DNA of 64,000 bases from Macrostomum lignano (GCA_002269645.1 NIVC01001499.1:330606-394605); one strand, 5' to 3'; positions 38,060 through 51,800 are shown, counted from the stretch's first letter. Notes: generated by a model not told the origin, from the sequence alone. Made by a program: numbers and translations.

Positions 38060-41000
38060 GTCAAACAACGAAGAGCCACCATGTCGAACATTATAGAGCC
38101 AACATTTCGAATATAAAAGAGTTACCATGTCAAACATAAAATAAGCACTATGTCAAACATATATGTGACTCCATGTCAACGATTAAAAAGCCACCATTTC
38201 AAACATAGAAGAGCCACTATGTCAAACCTAAACAAGCCACCACGTCTAACATTTAAGAGCCACCATGTCAAACATTTAAGAGCCACCATGTCAAACATTA
38301 AAGAGCCCCCATGTCAAACATTTAAGAGCCACCATGTCAAATATTTAAGAGCCACCATGTCAAACATATATGTGACTTTATGTCAAACTTTAAAGAGCCA
38401 CCATTTCGAACATCAAATAGCCACTTTGTCGAAAATTAAAGAGCCACCGTGTCAAACATAGAAGAGCCACCATGTTAAACATAGAAGAGCCACCATGTCA
38501 GACATTAAAAAGCCACCGTATCAAACATAAAAGAGTTACCATGTAGAACAAAAAACAGCCACCATGTCGAACATAAAAGAGCCAACATGTAGAATATTAA
38601 AGAGCCACCATGAAGAACATTAAAGAGCCACCATGAAGAACATTAAAGAGCCACCATGAAGAACATTAAAGAGCCACCATGTCAAACATAAAAGAGCCAC
38701 CATGTCAGACATTAAAAAGCCACCGTATCAAACATAAAAGAGTTACCATGTAGAACATTAAAGAGCCACCATTTCAAACAGTAAAGAGCCACCATGTCAA
38801 ACATAAAAGAGCCACCATGTCAAACATTAAAAAGCCACCATGTCAAACATAAAAGAGCCACCATGTAGAATATTAAAGAGCCACCATGAAGAACATTAAA
38901 GAGCCACCATGTCAAACATTTAAGAGCCACCATGTCAAACATTTAAGAGCCACCATCTCAAACATATATGTGACTTTATGTCAAACTTTAAAGAGCCACC
39001 ATTTCGAACATTAAATAGCCACTTTGTCAAACACTAGAGAGCCGCCGTGTCAAACATAAAAGAGCCACCAGGTTAAACATTAAAGAGCCACCATGTCAGA
39101 CATTAAAAAGCCACCGTATCAAACATAAAAGAATTACCGTGTAGAACATTAAAGAGCCACTATTTCACACAGTAAAGAGCCACCATGTCAAACATAAAAG
39201 AGCCACCATGTCAAACATTAAAAAGCTACCATGTCGAACATAAAAGAGCCACCATGTCAAACATTAAAAAGCTACCATGTCGAACATTAAAGAGCTACCA
39301 TGTCAAACATTAAAGAGCCACCATGTCAAACATTAAAGAGCCACCATGGCGAACATTAAAGAGCCACCATGGCAAACATTAAAGAGCCACCATGTCAAAC
39401 ATAAAAGAGCCACCATGTCAAACATTAAAAGTCACCATGCTAAACATTAAAGAGCCACCATATCAAGCATAAAAGAGGCACCATGTCAAACCTAAAAGAG
39501 CCATCATGTCAAACATTAAAAAGCTACCATGTCGAACATTAAAGAGCTACCATGTCAAACATTAAAGAGCTATCATGTCGAACACAAAATAGCCACCATG
39601 TCAAACATTGAAGAGACACTATGTCAAACGTATACGTGACTCCATGTCAAACATAAAAGTGCCACCATGTCAAACTTTAAAGAGCCACCATGGCGAACAT
39701 TAAAAAGCCACCATGTCAAACATAAAAGTGCCACCATGTCAAACATTAAAGAGCCACCATGTCGAACATTAAAGAGCCACCATGTCAAACACTAAAGAGC
39801 CACCATGGCGAACATTAAAGAGCCACCATGGCGAACATTAAAGAGCCACCATGTCAAACATAAAAGAGCCACCATGTCAAACATTAAAAGTCACCATGCT
39901 AAACATTAAAGAGCCACCATATCAAGCATAAAAGAGCCACCATGTCAAACCTAAAAGAGCCATCATGTCAAACATAAAAGAGCCAACATGTCAAACATAA
40001 AACAGCCAACATGTCAAACATAAAGAGCCACCATGTCAAACATTTAAGAGCCACCATGTCAAACATATATGTGACTTTGTGTCAAACATTAAAGAGCCAC
40101 CTTTTCGAACATTAAAGAGCCACCATTTCGAACATTAAAGAGCCACCATGTCAAACATGAAAGAGCTATAACATGAAGAATATTAAAGAGCCACCATGTC
40201 GAACATTTAAGAGCCACCATGTTAAACCTAAAAGAGCCACCATGTTAAACCTAAAAGAGCCACCATGTTAAACCTAAAAGAGCCACCATGTTAAACCTAA
40301 AAGAGCCATCATGTTAAACCTAACAGAGCCATCATGTCAAACCTAAAAGAGCCACCATGTCGAACATTTAAGAGCCACAATGTAAAATATTAAAGAGCCA
40401 CCATTTCGAACATATAAGTGACTTTATGTCAAACATTAAAGAGCCACCATGTCAAACATTAAAGAGCCACCATGTTAAACATAAAAGAGCCACCATGTAG
40501 AATATTAAAGAGCCACTATGTTGAACATAAAACAGACACCAATAAAAACATAAAAGAGCCACCATGCCAAACATTAAAGAGCCACCATATCAAGCATAAA
40601 AGAGGCACCATGTCAAACCTAAAAGAGCCATCATGTCAAACATAAAAGAGCCAACATGTCAAACATTAAAAAGCTACCATGTCGAACATTAAAGAGCTAC
40701 CATGTCAAACATTAAAGAGCTATCATGTCGAACACAAAATAGCCACCATGTCAAACATTGAAGAGACACTATGTCAAACGTATACGTGACTCCATGTCAA
40801 ACATAAAAGTGCCACCATGTCAAACTTTAAAGAGCCACCATGGCGAACATTAAAAAGCCACCATGTCAAACATAAAAGTGCCACCATGTCAAACATTAAA
40901 GAGCCACCATGTCGAACATTAAAGAGCCACCATGTCAAACACTAAAGAGCCACCATGGCGAACATTAAAGAGCCACCATGGCGAACATTAAAGAGCCACC

Positions 41001-43545
41001 ATGTCAAACATAAAAGAGCCACCATGTCAAACATTAAAAGTCACCATGCTAAACATTAAAGAGCCACCATATCAAGCATAAAAGAGCCACCATGTCAAAC
41101 CTAAAAGAGCCATCATGTCAAACATAAAAGAGCCAACATGTCAAACATAAAACAGCCAACATGTCAAACATAAAGAGCCACCATGTCAAACATTTAAGAG
41201 CCACCATGTCAAACATATATGTGACTTTGTGTCAAACATTAAAGAGCCACCTTTTCGAACATTAAAGAGCCACCATTTCGAACATTAAAGAGCCACCATG
41301 TCAAACATGAAAGAGCTATAACATGAAGAATATTAAAGAGCCACCATGTCGAACATTTAAGAGCCACCATGTTAAACCTAAAAGAGCCACCATGTTAAAC
41401 CTAAAAGAGCCACCATGTTAAACCTAAAAGAGCCACCATGTTAAACCTAAAAGAGCCATCATGTTAAACCTAACAGAGCCATCATGTCAAACCTAAAAGA
41501 GCCACCATGTCGAACATTTAAGAGCCACAATGTAAAATATTAAAGAGCCACCATTTCGAACATATAAGTGACTTTATGTCAAACATTAAAGAGCCACCAT
41601 GTCAAACATTAAAGAGCCACCATGTTAAACATAAAAGAGCCACCATGTAGAATATTAAAGAGCCACTATGTTGAACATAAAACAGACACCAATAAAAACA
41701 TAAAAGAGCCACCATGCCAAACATTAAAGAGCCACCATATCAAGCATAAAAGAGGCACCATGTCAAACCTAAAAGAGCCATCATGTCAAACATAAAAGAG
41801 CCAACATGTCAAACATTAAAAAGCTACCATGTCGAACATTAAAGAGCTACCATGTCAAACATTAAAGAGCTATCATGTCGAACACAAAATAGCCACCATG
41901 TCAAACATTGAAGAGACACTATGTCAAACGTATACGTGACTCCATGTCAAACATAAAAGTGCCACCATGTCAAACTTTAAAGAGCCACCATGGCGAACAT
42001 TAAAAAGCCACCATGTCAAACATAAAAGTGCCACCATGTCAAACATTAAAGAGCCACCATGTCGAACATTAAAGAGCCACCATGTCAAACACTAAACAGC
42101 CACCATGGCGAACATTAAAGAGCCACCATGGCGAACATTAAAGAGCCACCATGTCAAACATAAAAGAGCCACCATGTCAAACATTAAAAGTCACCATGCT
42201 AAACATTAAAGAGCCACCATATCAAGCATAAAAGAGCCACCATGTCAAACCTAAAAGAGCCATCATGTCAAACATAAAAGAGCCAACATGTCAAACATAA
42301 AACAGCCAACATGTCAAACATAAAGAGCCACCATGTCAAACATTTAAGAGCCACCATGTCAAACATATATGTGACTTTGTGTCAAACATTAAAGAGCCAC
42401 CTTTTCGAACATTAAAGAGCCACCATTTCGAACATTAAAGAGCCACCATGTCAAACATGAAAGAGCTATAACATGAAGAATATTAAAGAGCCACCATGTC
42501 GAACATTTAAGAGCCACCATGTTAAACCTAAAAGAGCCACCATGTTAAACCTAAAAGAGCCACCATGTTAAACCTAAAAGAGCCACCATGTTAAACCTAA
42601 AAGAGCCATCATGTTAAACCTAACAGAGCCATCATGTCAAACCTAAAAGAGCCACCATGTCGAACATTTAAGAGCCACAATGTAAAATATTAAAGAGCCA
42701 CCATTTCGAACATATAAGTGACTTTATGTCAAACATTAAAGAGCCACCATGTCAAACATTAAAGAGCCACCATGTTAAACATAAAAGAGCCACCATGTAG
42801 AATATTAAAGAGCCACTATGTTGAACATTAAACAGCCATCATGTCAAACCTAAAAGATCCACCATTTCGAACACTTAAGAGCCACAATGTAGAATATTAA
42901 AGAGCTACCATGTCAAACATTTAAGAGCCACCATGTAAAACATTAAAGAGCCACCATTTGAAACATTAAAGAGTCACCATGTCAAACATTAAGGAGCCAC
43001 CATGTCAAACATTTAGGAGCCACCATGTCAAACCTAAAAGAGCCACCATGTCAAACATAAAAGAGCCACCATGTCAAACATAAAAGAGCCACTATGTCAA
43101 ACATAAAAGAGCCACCATGAAAAACATTAAAGAGCCACTTTCTCGAACATTAAAGAGCCACCATGTCAAACATTTAAGAGCCACCATGTCAATTATATAT
43201 GTGTCTTTATGTCAAACATTAAAGAGCCACCATTTCGAACATTAAGGAGCCACCATGTCAAACATTTAAAAGCCTCCTTTTGAAACATTAAATAGCCACT
43301 TTGTCGAACATTAAAGAGCCACTGTGTCAAACATAAAAGAGCCACTGTTTCAAACATAAAAGAGCCACCAGGTTAAACATTAAAGAGCCACCATGTCAAA
43401 CATAAAAGAGCCACCATGTTAAACATAAAAGAGCCACCATGTCTGACATTAAAAAGCCATCGTTTCAAACATAAAACAGTTGCCATGTAGAACATAAAAC
43501 AGCCACCATGTCAAACATAAAATTTACACAATTTCAAACATAAAA
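38060..43545. repeat. 5.5-kb satellite, 23-bp unit AAAGAGCCACCATGTCAAACATT, with 1150-bp higher-order repeat (~3 copies)
   Basis: Monomer periodicity; landmark AAGAGACACT at 39611, 40761 and 41911. Confidence 0.95.
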
Positions 43546-44879
43546 GTAAGCGAATTTTAAAGGAGCCACTATAATGCTAAGGAAATTGTCGCACTAGCTA
43601 CTTATTGTCTGGTGGATGCTTGCTATTTGGGGATGCTATCTATGTAGGGAATGCTTGCTATCTGGGGGATGCTTGCTATCTGGGGGATGCTTGCTATCTG
43701 GGGATGCTTGCTATCTGGGGGATGCTTGCTTTCTTGGGATGATTTCTTTTTGCATTGCACTTCCTTTGAGTATTTTGTCTGTTTTCTTTGTGAAGGCCTT
43801 TTTTGGCTATCTTTTTGTTACTTGTAGAGAACAGAGGTTCTATACAGATGTCCCCCAAAGGGGGGCAAAGATTGCTAGTTAAGTCTAAGTGCTACCATGA
43901 TACCAATTGCCTCCATTGTTATTTGTCTTTGTCATTTAATCCAAAGACTGTTGTCATAATCATCATACCTCTAGCATGCCAAAATAGATAGAAAACCTAT
44001 TCTAGCATGCTAAGTGCAAAGGACACCTGCCTATATACCATAGTTTGGATTGTATATTAGTATATACCAGGTTTATTGCCAGAAATAATGACAAGACCTT
44101 ATTTGTATGCCAGGTTTTTGAGCCAATAAAAAAATTGTCATTGACAATATTTCTACTGTGCTATGTATACTAAGATATAAGTTGATATATGCCAAAATGG
44201 CAAGTTACCTTGTTGTATGCCAGGAAATCCCAGTATAGGCCTAAATGTTGCTTTCCAAACTATGGCCTATATGGCCAGTATAGGGTATAGGCTAGGCCTA
44301 GGCCTATATGCTTTGTTGCAATCTAGTAATTGCATTATCTTATTAAAGTTATTGATATTGCATTCATTAGCCTATATTTTTAAAAATCTATGTGGCACAC
44401 AGGACCAATACCAAGTTATCTGTTATCTCACTTATATCAGTAATAACTCAGAACTCAGAACCTAATTAATTAATTACCATGGCATAGGACATAGCCAGTC
44501 ACTCACACTAATACAAGTTGCACTTTAAACTAAAGCAAGTCTGGTACTATTGCCAATTTTGAAGTACTGAAATACTGAAGTCGAGAATCTAATTTCTAAG
44601 CATATTAGCCTATTTAGAAAAAAAACAAATAGCAAAATGCTATACTAACTTTACTCTTTAGAATTTAGTCTTACTAGTAAAGAGCCTTAGTCATACATAG
44701 GTCATAGGAGGGAAATATCGAGAAATTAGGAAGAGAAAGAGAAATTACGTTTGAGACAGTAATAGGTCTAATTATTCATAAAACCCATGTTAGACTCAAC
44801 AGCACTTCAACGTCACGTCTCGTTCTGTCTGACTGTCGATACAGAAATACAGTCCTGGACAAGGGGACAACCAAGAAGG

Positions 44880-45331
44880 TGTAACGTCGTCGCTTCTGTA
44901 TTGAAAATGTTCAATTTCGTATTTATGTTTTTTTGCAATTAATATTTAAAACTATATCTATTTTGGTCTAATGTTTGTAACTTATTTTTTAGTTACTTTC
45001 CTCATTTGGTTTAATTTTGTTTTTCTATTTTCAATTAGTGCAGTTATTCAAATTTTGCTTCTTGATAGTTTTTGTGTAGAGTCCTGCGCTCTATGTGTTG
45101 GTCTTAGTTCCCGTAGGCTGGGTGGCATTAACATTATATTATCGTCTCAGGTTACCCTTTGGTAATAGTTGGCATTGCCATACTGCTTCTGACCTACTCA
45201 CCATTATTCAGACTAGCAATTGAGTTGTTAAATTAATAATACGTATATTGGCCTAGGACAAGATCAACACTCAGACTCAGCACGCGCACGCGCATCAGTC
45301 CCATGTTCTCGAACTAAATAAACTCGTCACA
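44880..45331 (+). repeat. 5' LTR (452 bp)
   Basis: TGTAACGTCG...CTCGTCACA; I found 2 substitutions versus the 3' LTR. Confidence 0.97.
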
Positions 45332-45337
45332 TAAATT

Positions 45338-45353
45338 TGGAGGGTCCCACCGA
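45338..45353 (+). promoter_or_regulatory. Primer-binding site, tRNA-Gln-type
   Basis: TGGAGGGTCCCACCGA is complementary to the eukaryotic tRNA-Gln(UUG) 3' end (...CTCGGTGGGACCTCCA) apart from one extra G. Confidence 0.7.
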
Positions 45354-45972
45354 ATTCGTCGAACTCGCATCAGCTCGGATTCAGCTCGCATACGGCTATA
45401 TGCCATCAAGTATCTGCAGCAGTGCACAGGTACTCTAAAACCAAGTGGCAAGTGTTCCTGCATCCAACAGCGAGAGCGAGACAAACCCCCGCCATCACGT
45501 GACCGCGAGTCACCCCTTAGCTGGCCAACCAGAAGCTACCTGCCCGACTGCCTGCAAGTTTTCGTCCTTTGGGGTTGCGCGCAACGATACCCCTGTCAGA
45601 ATCAACGCCAGTCAGAGTCAGCCAATCGAGACTGCACTACAAGTACAAGCGCCAAGAGACCAACTGACCAACAACAAATTGAGCTTAAGCCGGGAGGCCA
45701 AGCCAACGCCGGCGGCAACCCAGGACTACACCGAATCACGTGGCAGTGGCAGGAGACCAGCTAGGTGAGGGAGTTTTCTTAGTATTCAACTCTGCATAGG
45801 AACATAGGGCCTGTCTGGCAGAGCCAGTATAATATTTTCTGGGTTAGTCTAATTTTTCTAGGAATTGTAGTGAGGCTCTTTAACTCTGCCAGACTTCTTT
45901 CGTGTTTTTATTATCTGGCCTTTCCTCTCGCCACTCTCTGGCAAAGCAATATCTGTCATATCTCGTCTCCTA

Positions 45973-48825
45973 ATGTCCTCTTCTAACGAAGAAAGTGATG
46001 AGGCCTTGTCGCCCAATGGGGCTGCTGGCCAGGGCCAGCAGGTTTTACAGTTGCAGACAGAGAGTAGCACATCAACGCCACCTGAAGCTGGTGCCTCAAG
46101 CCAACAGGCTGCACAGGTTGGAGACACAAGTAGGGATGCGAAACCACCACATGGTATGGCAGAGCAGTCAGACTTAAGTAAGGTCCTCCAGACTCTAACA
46201 ATGATCCTAGAGAAAACTTGTGACAGAGAGGCTTCCGCAGCAGCTGAGAAACTTTCAAACTCGAGCCCAAAGCTACGACCACCACCACCCTTTCAACCCC
46301 AAATGAATTTCGAACTATGGGAGACACAGTTTCTGACTTATGTTGAAGCTCATCATGTCCCAACACCTCAGCAACCAGCTGTCCTATTGTCAATGCTCGC
46401 ACCTGAGTGCCAAGAATTCATTTTTAACAACTCTCTGCACCGCGAGTCCATTCAAACTGCACTAAAAAGTCTGAAAGATCGATTCACAGATTCGGGAACA
46501 GAACACAAAAGCTACTTAGAGCTTGCGGTTGCCGAACAGTTAAACTCGGAAACAACACAGGAGTTCTTTGACAGACTAACAAGACTATCAAAGTCTGCTA
46601 ATCTTAAAAAACCTACCGCCGAACCCTTGGTGCGAGCTCGGTTTTGCTATGGTATGAGAGATAAGGGTCTTGCTGAAAGACTGATCCTCCTGGGTCAAGA
46701 AAACCCAACATGGTCTGCTGAAGATTTAGCAAAAAAGGCCAGGGAAATTGCCGGTGTCAAGAAGCTCTTATCTAGTGAAGTAACTCCAGTCATCAGAGCT
46801 GCCGCCCCTGACAGAACAGCAGAATTAGAAGCCCGAATCCGCGAGCTTGAAAAACTAGTTCAACAGAATCAGACCACTCAGTCTTCAGATCATAATTCAA
46901 AAGATTTTCAGAACTTTCCTTCACAAGTGCCGCCTGTCAATCTGGGACAATCTGGCCAGTACAAGAACAGTAGTCGTTGGTCTAAATCCCCTAAGCGATG
47001 CAATCGGTGCAGCGACCATGACCATTTAACTGCGGACTGCCCGAAACCACCGCCCTCCAATGGGGTAGGGGCAGGTGGAAGACCAACTGGTATGGCCCCA
47101 ATGATGGAAATAGGAACCATAACGGTTTGGAAAGGTGGATTTGGCTTTATCCAGCCAAGTCAGATGCCAGACTCCCTCTTTTGCCATTATTCCAGCCTTG
47201 ACAACGAGTTAAAACAGGTTGCAAACAGCCATCAGTTAGTAGGCACAACTGTGCAATTCTTACGCCGAGCAGATCCTGGTCACAAACATGATAGAGCAGT
47301 AGGGGTCTGTCGCTACCAAATGCCTGTCCGATGTGACCAATCCTGGGCGGCCGATACTCCAGTCGAGTCTAGTATGTTTGTGCAGTTGGGAATTGGAGAC
47401 AACAAGGTCATCGCTTGCCTTGATTCAGGTTGCAATGCAAGCGTCATGGGCACCAAAGTCAGAGACCAACTGATTGCAAACGATCCAATCAACAATACAT
47501 TTATTCCTGCTAGAAAATACCAAGCTGCAACAGCATTTAATGGTACCTCGACACAGATTCTAGGCACCCTACACTGTGAAGTCAAGCTGGGCAAAATATC
47601 ACAGACTCACGTGTTCCTAGTCACAGAAGGTCAAGTTACAGACGTCCTCTTAGGAATAGACTTTATGAGAGGTTTTAACGTGAACCTGCTTGTTGCAGAT
47701 GGTCAGGTAACTGTAGCGGGCGAAGTGGTACCTGTGATTGAAGGCGATCGGGGAGTCTTTCAAGCTCGCAGAGTCACTGCAGCTTGCAACGTGCAGTTAC
47801 CCCCCAGATCAGAGACCATGGTGCCAAGCCGAGTCATTGGTGCAGATCCTGGCTCTCCTGGATTCCTGGGCACCAAGCTCTTTTGTTCTGACTCGGAATT
47901 CTTTGTGGCTCATTCTGTGGATAGTGTGAGCAGCACTGGTCATGTCCTGGTACGCCTATTGAATAGTGGCAACCAGCCGTCCGAAATTGCTGCGGGACAG
48001 GAGATCGCCTCCTTTCAAAGCTTAAGAGTTGGTGAGACCATCTCGCACACTGCTCTCACCGAGAAGGACTTCTCAGTTAGCAGTTCCAAAGATCTGGGAA
48101 CCAAGCTTGCTAAACTTCCTGACCCTGATCTTGGCACAGCATCTTGGCTAAAGAAGCAGTTCAAACTAGAAGAGTCCACCCTGTCAGAAACCCAGTTGAC
48201 AATAACATTAAAACTGTTAAACTATTTCCTCAGTGCGATATCTAAAAGTGACACGGATTTAGGGAAAACACACCTTCACGAGATGGCTATTGAGCTCAAC
48301 GAACCAACCTGCCGACCCATCTCGCAACCCTCAAGACGCACAACACCAGCGCAAAAAGAATTTTTAGATCGGCACATAAACCAGCTAATTGAACAAGGAG
48401 TAATCGAAGAAAGCAACTCAGAATGGGCTTCTCCCATAGTCTTAGTTAGGAAAAAAGACGGCTCGCAGCGCCTTTGCATTGATTACCGTAGTGTCAACAA
48501 AGTCATAAAACCGTGCACCTTTCCGCTGCCTCTAATAGAGGAGTCCTTTGATAGCTTAGCGGGGTCAAAGGTATTCTCAAGTTTAGATCTTACATCTGCC
48601 TACTGGCAGGTAGGTATCCGAGAACAGGACCGTGATCTCACGGCCTTCACATGTCCCCAGGGGACCTATCGCTGGAAAGTTGTCCCATTCGGGATAAAAA
48701 CAGCCCCAGCGAACTTTGCCAAGTTGATGCACAAAGTTTTCCGACCTTTATTAATGCGCGTCAGCCTCATCTACTTGGACGACATCATTATAAAAGCCAG
48801 AGACAATGACGAAATGATCGTCCAC
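45973..48825 (+). CDS. Gag-Pol polyprotein, part 1: Gag, CCHC knuckle, cold-shock domain, aspartic protease (LDSG), RT to YLDD
   Basis: CNRCSDHDHLTADC; CLDSGCNASVMG; WASPIVLV, LCIDYR, LDLTSAYWQV, PFG, YLDD; joins part 2 via one missing C at ~48825. Confidence 0.93.
47104..47313 (+). other. Cold-shock domain (OB-fold) within the Gypsy polyprotein
   Basis: GTITVWKGGFGFIQP (RNP1-like) ... DSLFCHYSSL (RNP2-like) ... VGTTVQF ... RAVGV fits the CspA/Unr CSD pattern along its length. Confidence 0.8.
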
Positions 48826-51800
48826 TGGCCCTTGTCCTTTGGCAACTTAAAAAGGCCAATCTAAAAATCAAGCCATCGAAATGTGAACTTTTTAAGGATC
48901 GAGTTCGTTTCTTAGGATTCGTCGTCTCCTCCCAGGGCATAGAAGCAGATCCGACTAAGATCGACGCTGTTAGAAACTGGTGCAAGCCAACAGACAAGAG
49001 GCAATTACTAGCTTTTCTTGGATTCGCGAATTACTACAGGAAATTTGTAGCTCGATTTTCTGTAATCGCATCTCCTCTGTATTCGTTGGCCAAAGGGTCA
49101 TCAAAATTCTGCTGGCTCGAACATCACGACAGAGCATTTGAAGAGTTGAAGGCCAATTTATGTGCTCCTCCAGTTCTAGCATATCCTGACCTCAAGCCGT
49201 CAGCTGGGCCCTTCATCTTGGACTGTGACTCCTCGCTCGAAGGAGTTGGCGGAGTATTGTCACAAGAAGGCCCAGATGGACAAGAGCACGTTGTGGCGTA
49301 CGCGTCCAAGAAATTCACGCACTCCCAGCGGAACTATTGTGCTACTATGCGCGAACTACTTGGCTTGGTCATTATGTTAGAACACTTCAGAACGTACCTC
49401 TTGGACCGCAGTTTTCTGGTGCGTTCCGATGCAGCAGCCTTGCAGTGGCTGCACACCAAAAAACATAGCACGGGCATGCTAGCTCAGTGGCTGGCAACCA
49501 TTGACGTCTACAACTTTAAGGTATGTCAGACACCACTGGAACGACTTGCGGAGTATGACTTCTCAGTGGAGCATCGTCCTGGCCGTGATCATGTTAACGC
49601 GGATATGCTCAGCCGCAACCCCAGGTTTAGGTCAGATCACCATGACTGCCCAACGTGCAGCAAAATCCCTGCTTTCCAAGACAAATTTAGGAAGTTGGAG
49701 GAGCAAAGGTGCCAGGACGAGGATGAGGATACAGACAGCATGCCCGCTGTGCAGCTGAGAACAGCACAAATAGACGCTTGCTGCCAGACGGAGCCCCACC
49801 AATCAAACCAAGAGCCGAAGTATCCTTCCGAGATTTTGACCAGCCATGAAGGGTCGGATGAGGTCAGAAGCCATCGGTCGCTTAGCTTGCCTTCGACAGC
49901 CCAGGATCCGGACCCGGAGGGAGAAACATCTGAGGATGAGATGTCAGAAAACTCCGAGAATCTATGGGCTAGAGAAGCTCAAGAATCTAGCACAGATCTC
50001 GTGAGATTGATTGAGGCCGTTGAAGGGAAATCTCCAAGACTAACTAAGGTTGAAGTCCAGGACTGCAGTCGTGAAATTCGAACGCTTTGGGCCATGTTTG
50101 ACGAACTCGAAGTTGTAAATGGCCTTCTGACTCGCGTCAAACCCGCTAAGCAGGGCCAAGTCAGTCAGCGACTCATAATCATACCAGAGACAGCAGATGT
50201 TGATGAGCTAGTTTCCTGCTATCACAGAGACATTAATCACTGCGGAATCAACAAAACAGTCCGGGCCTTAAAACAAAGGTTCCAAATCACAAACCTCGAA
50301 GTATTCGTGAAGGGAATCATTGCTGAATGCGAGGTATGCTGCCGCACTAAGAAGAACAAACGGAAGAATAAAGAACCATTAGAACCAATTTTATCAGGCT
50401 ATCCAAATCAAATTGTGCACGTTGACCACGCAGGGCCTTTCCCAGAGCAGGAGGGCAACCGTTACTTGCTGGTGCTAGTAGATAACTTTTCTGGGTATGT
50501 AGAGATCGTGCCTGTCCCAGACGTCTCGGCCGCAACTACCGCCACAGTTATACTAACCGAGTGGATAGTTCGATATGGCACTATGGAGAAACTTGTTTCG
50601 GATAATGGCACGGCCTTCATAAATAAAACGGTAGCGGAGCTCACCAGACTACTTGAAATAGACATGGCACGTATCACCGCACACAGGCCGCAATCAAACG
50701 GTAAAGCGGAAAGGACCATACAATCAATCAAAGCGCAGATTCGTGCAATTTGCCTTGAAAAAAGAGTCAATTGGGTCTATGCAGCTCGTTTGGCCGGTCT
50801 TTCAATCCGGACGACTGTGGCCGAATCCACAGGCTGGACCCCAGCCAGGCTCTTTTTCGGTCGGGAACTTGTGCTGCCTCTAGACCTGCTGTTCAACCCG
50901 CCAAGGCACGACAGGTATGATCCAGACTGTTATGCACACAAGCTGCACAAACTATTGGTGGAGGTATCGGCGATCGCCCGCATGGAGCGAGGTAAGGCCC
51001 AACAGAGGCAAAAGCGGAATTATGATCGTAATACCATTCACTCCAACTTCGAAATCGGAGAACTGGTGTGGGTACTCAACCCCGACCATCGGGGATTAGA
51101 CTCAGCCGTCTGGTTAGGGCCATACAAAGTAGTTCAAAAGGTTTCTGAGCGAAACTACCGCCTCATTCCCGAATTCGCTCGCATCAATCCAATCTGCCAA
51201 ACACCAAATCCGAGTCATAACATCTACAACGTAGACCGAATGAAGCGGTGTATCCGCAAGCAAACGTACCAAGATATCGCCGACCGGTTCGAACTCAGGG
51301 TCCCAGCTCTGATTCCACCTTCGAGATTAGGCCAACTGGATGATCAATCCGAGTCTCGCAGTGACTCCTGGGGTTCATCGGCCACTACCTGCAGTGAGCC
51401 GGAACCAGAAGCTGAAGTTCCCAACACACAGGATGACGAAGCGCCTGATCCACCGCACACATCAGCGCCTGATCCACCACACACATCAGCGCCTGATCCA
51501 CCGAACACATCAGCGCCTGATCCACCGCGCACATCAGCGCCTGATCCACCGCATCCACCAGCGCCTGATCCACCGCACACATCAGCGCCTGATCCACCGC
51601 ACACATCGTCGCCTGATCGTTTAGCACGAAACCAGTCGCCAAGCTTGCCTAGCGCTTTCGTAGAAGTGGCAGACTCGGGGAATCTGCAACAGGATTACCA
51701 GGTACCTGAAATTGGTGCAGAAGTGGAAGTACCGCAGAACAACACAGAAGAACAGCTGCCAGAATCTCGAGTCCATGAAAGCAGCACTACCATGCCTGCA

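Noticed and set aside
38060-43545. Very many copies of the vertebrate Kozak sequence GCCACCATG in the satellite
   Set aside because: Real starts in this window use A-rich contexts (AAAAATG), the ORFs opened are short, and one seed explains all copies
44971-45768. 64-aa ORF in each LTR and the 107-aa GTG-initiated leader ORF (45445-45768)
   Set aside because: No recognisable motifs; a possible 45765-45861 leader intron does not join the leader ORF to Gag
46999-47313. Capture of a whole host Lin28 gene
   Set aside because: Domain order is reversed (knuckle before CSD), there is one knuckle, and it sits at the normal Gag NC position; only the CSD needs explaining
48800-48864. Programmed ribosomal frameshift between the two Gypsy ORFs
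   Set aside because: The break is inside RT after YLDD, has no slippery site, and is fixed by one C; it is a lesion or sequencing error
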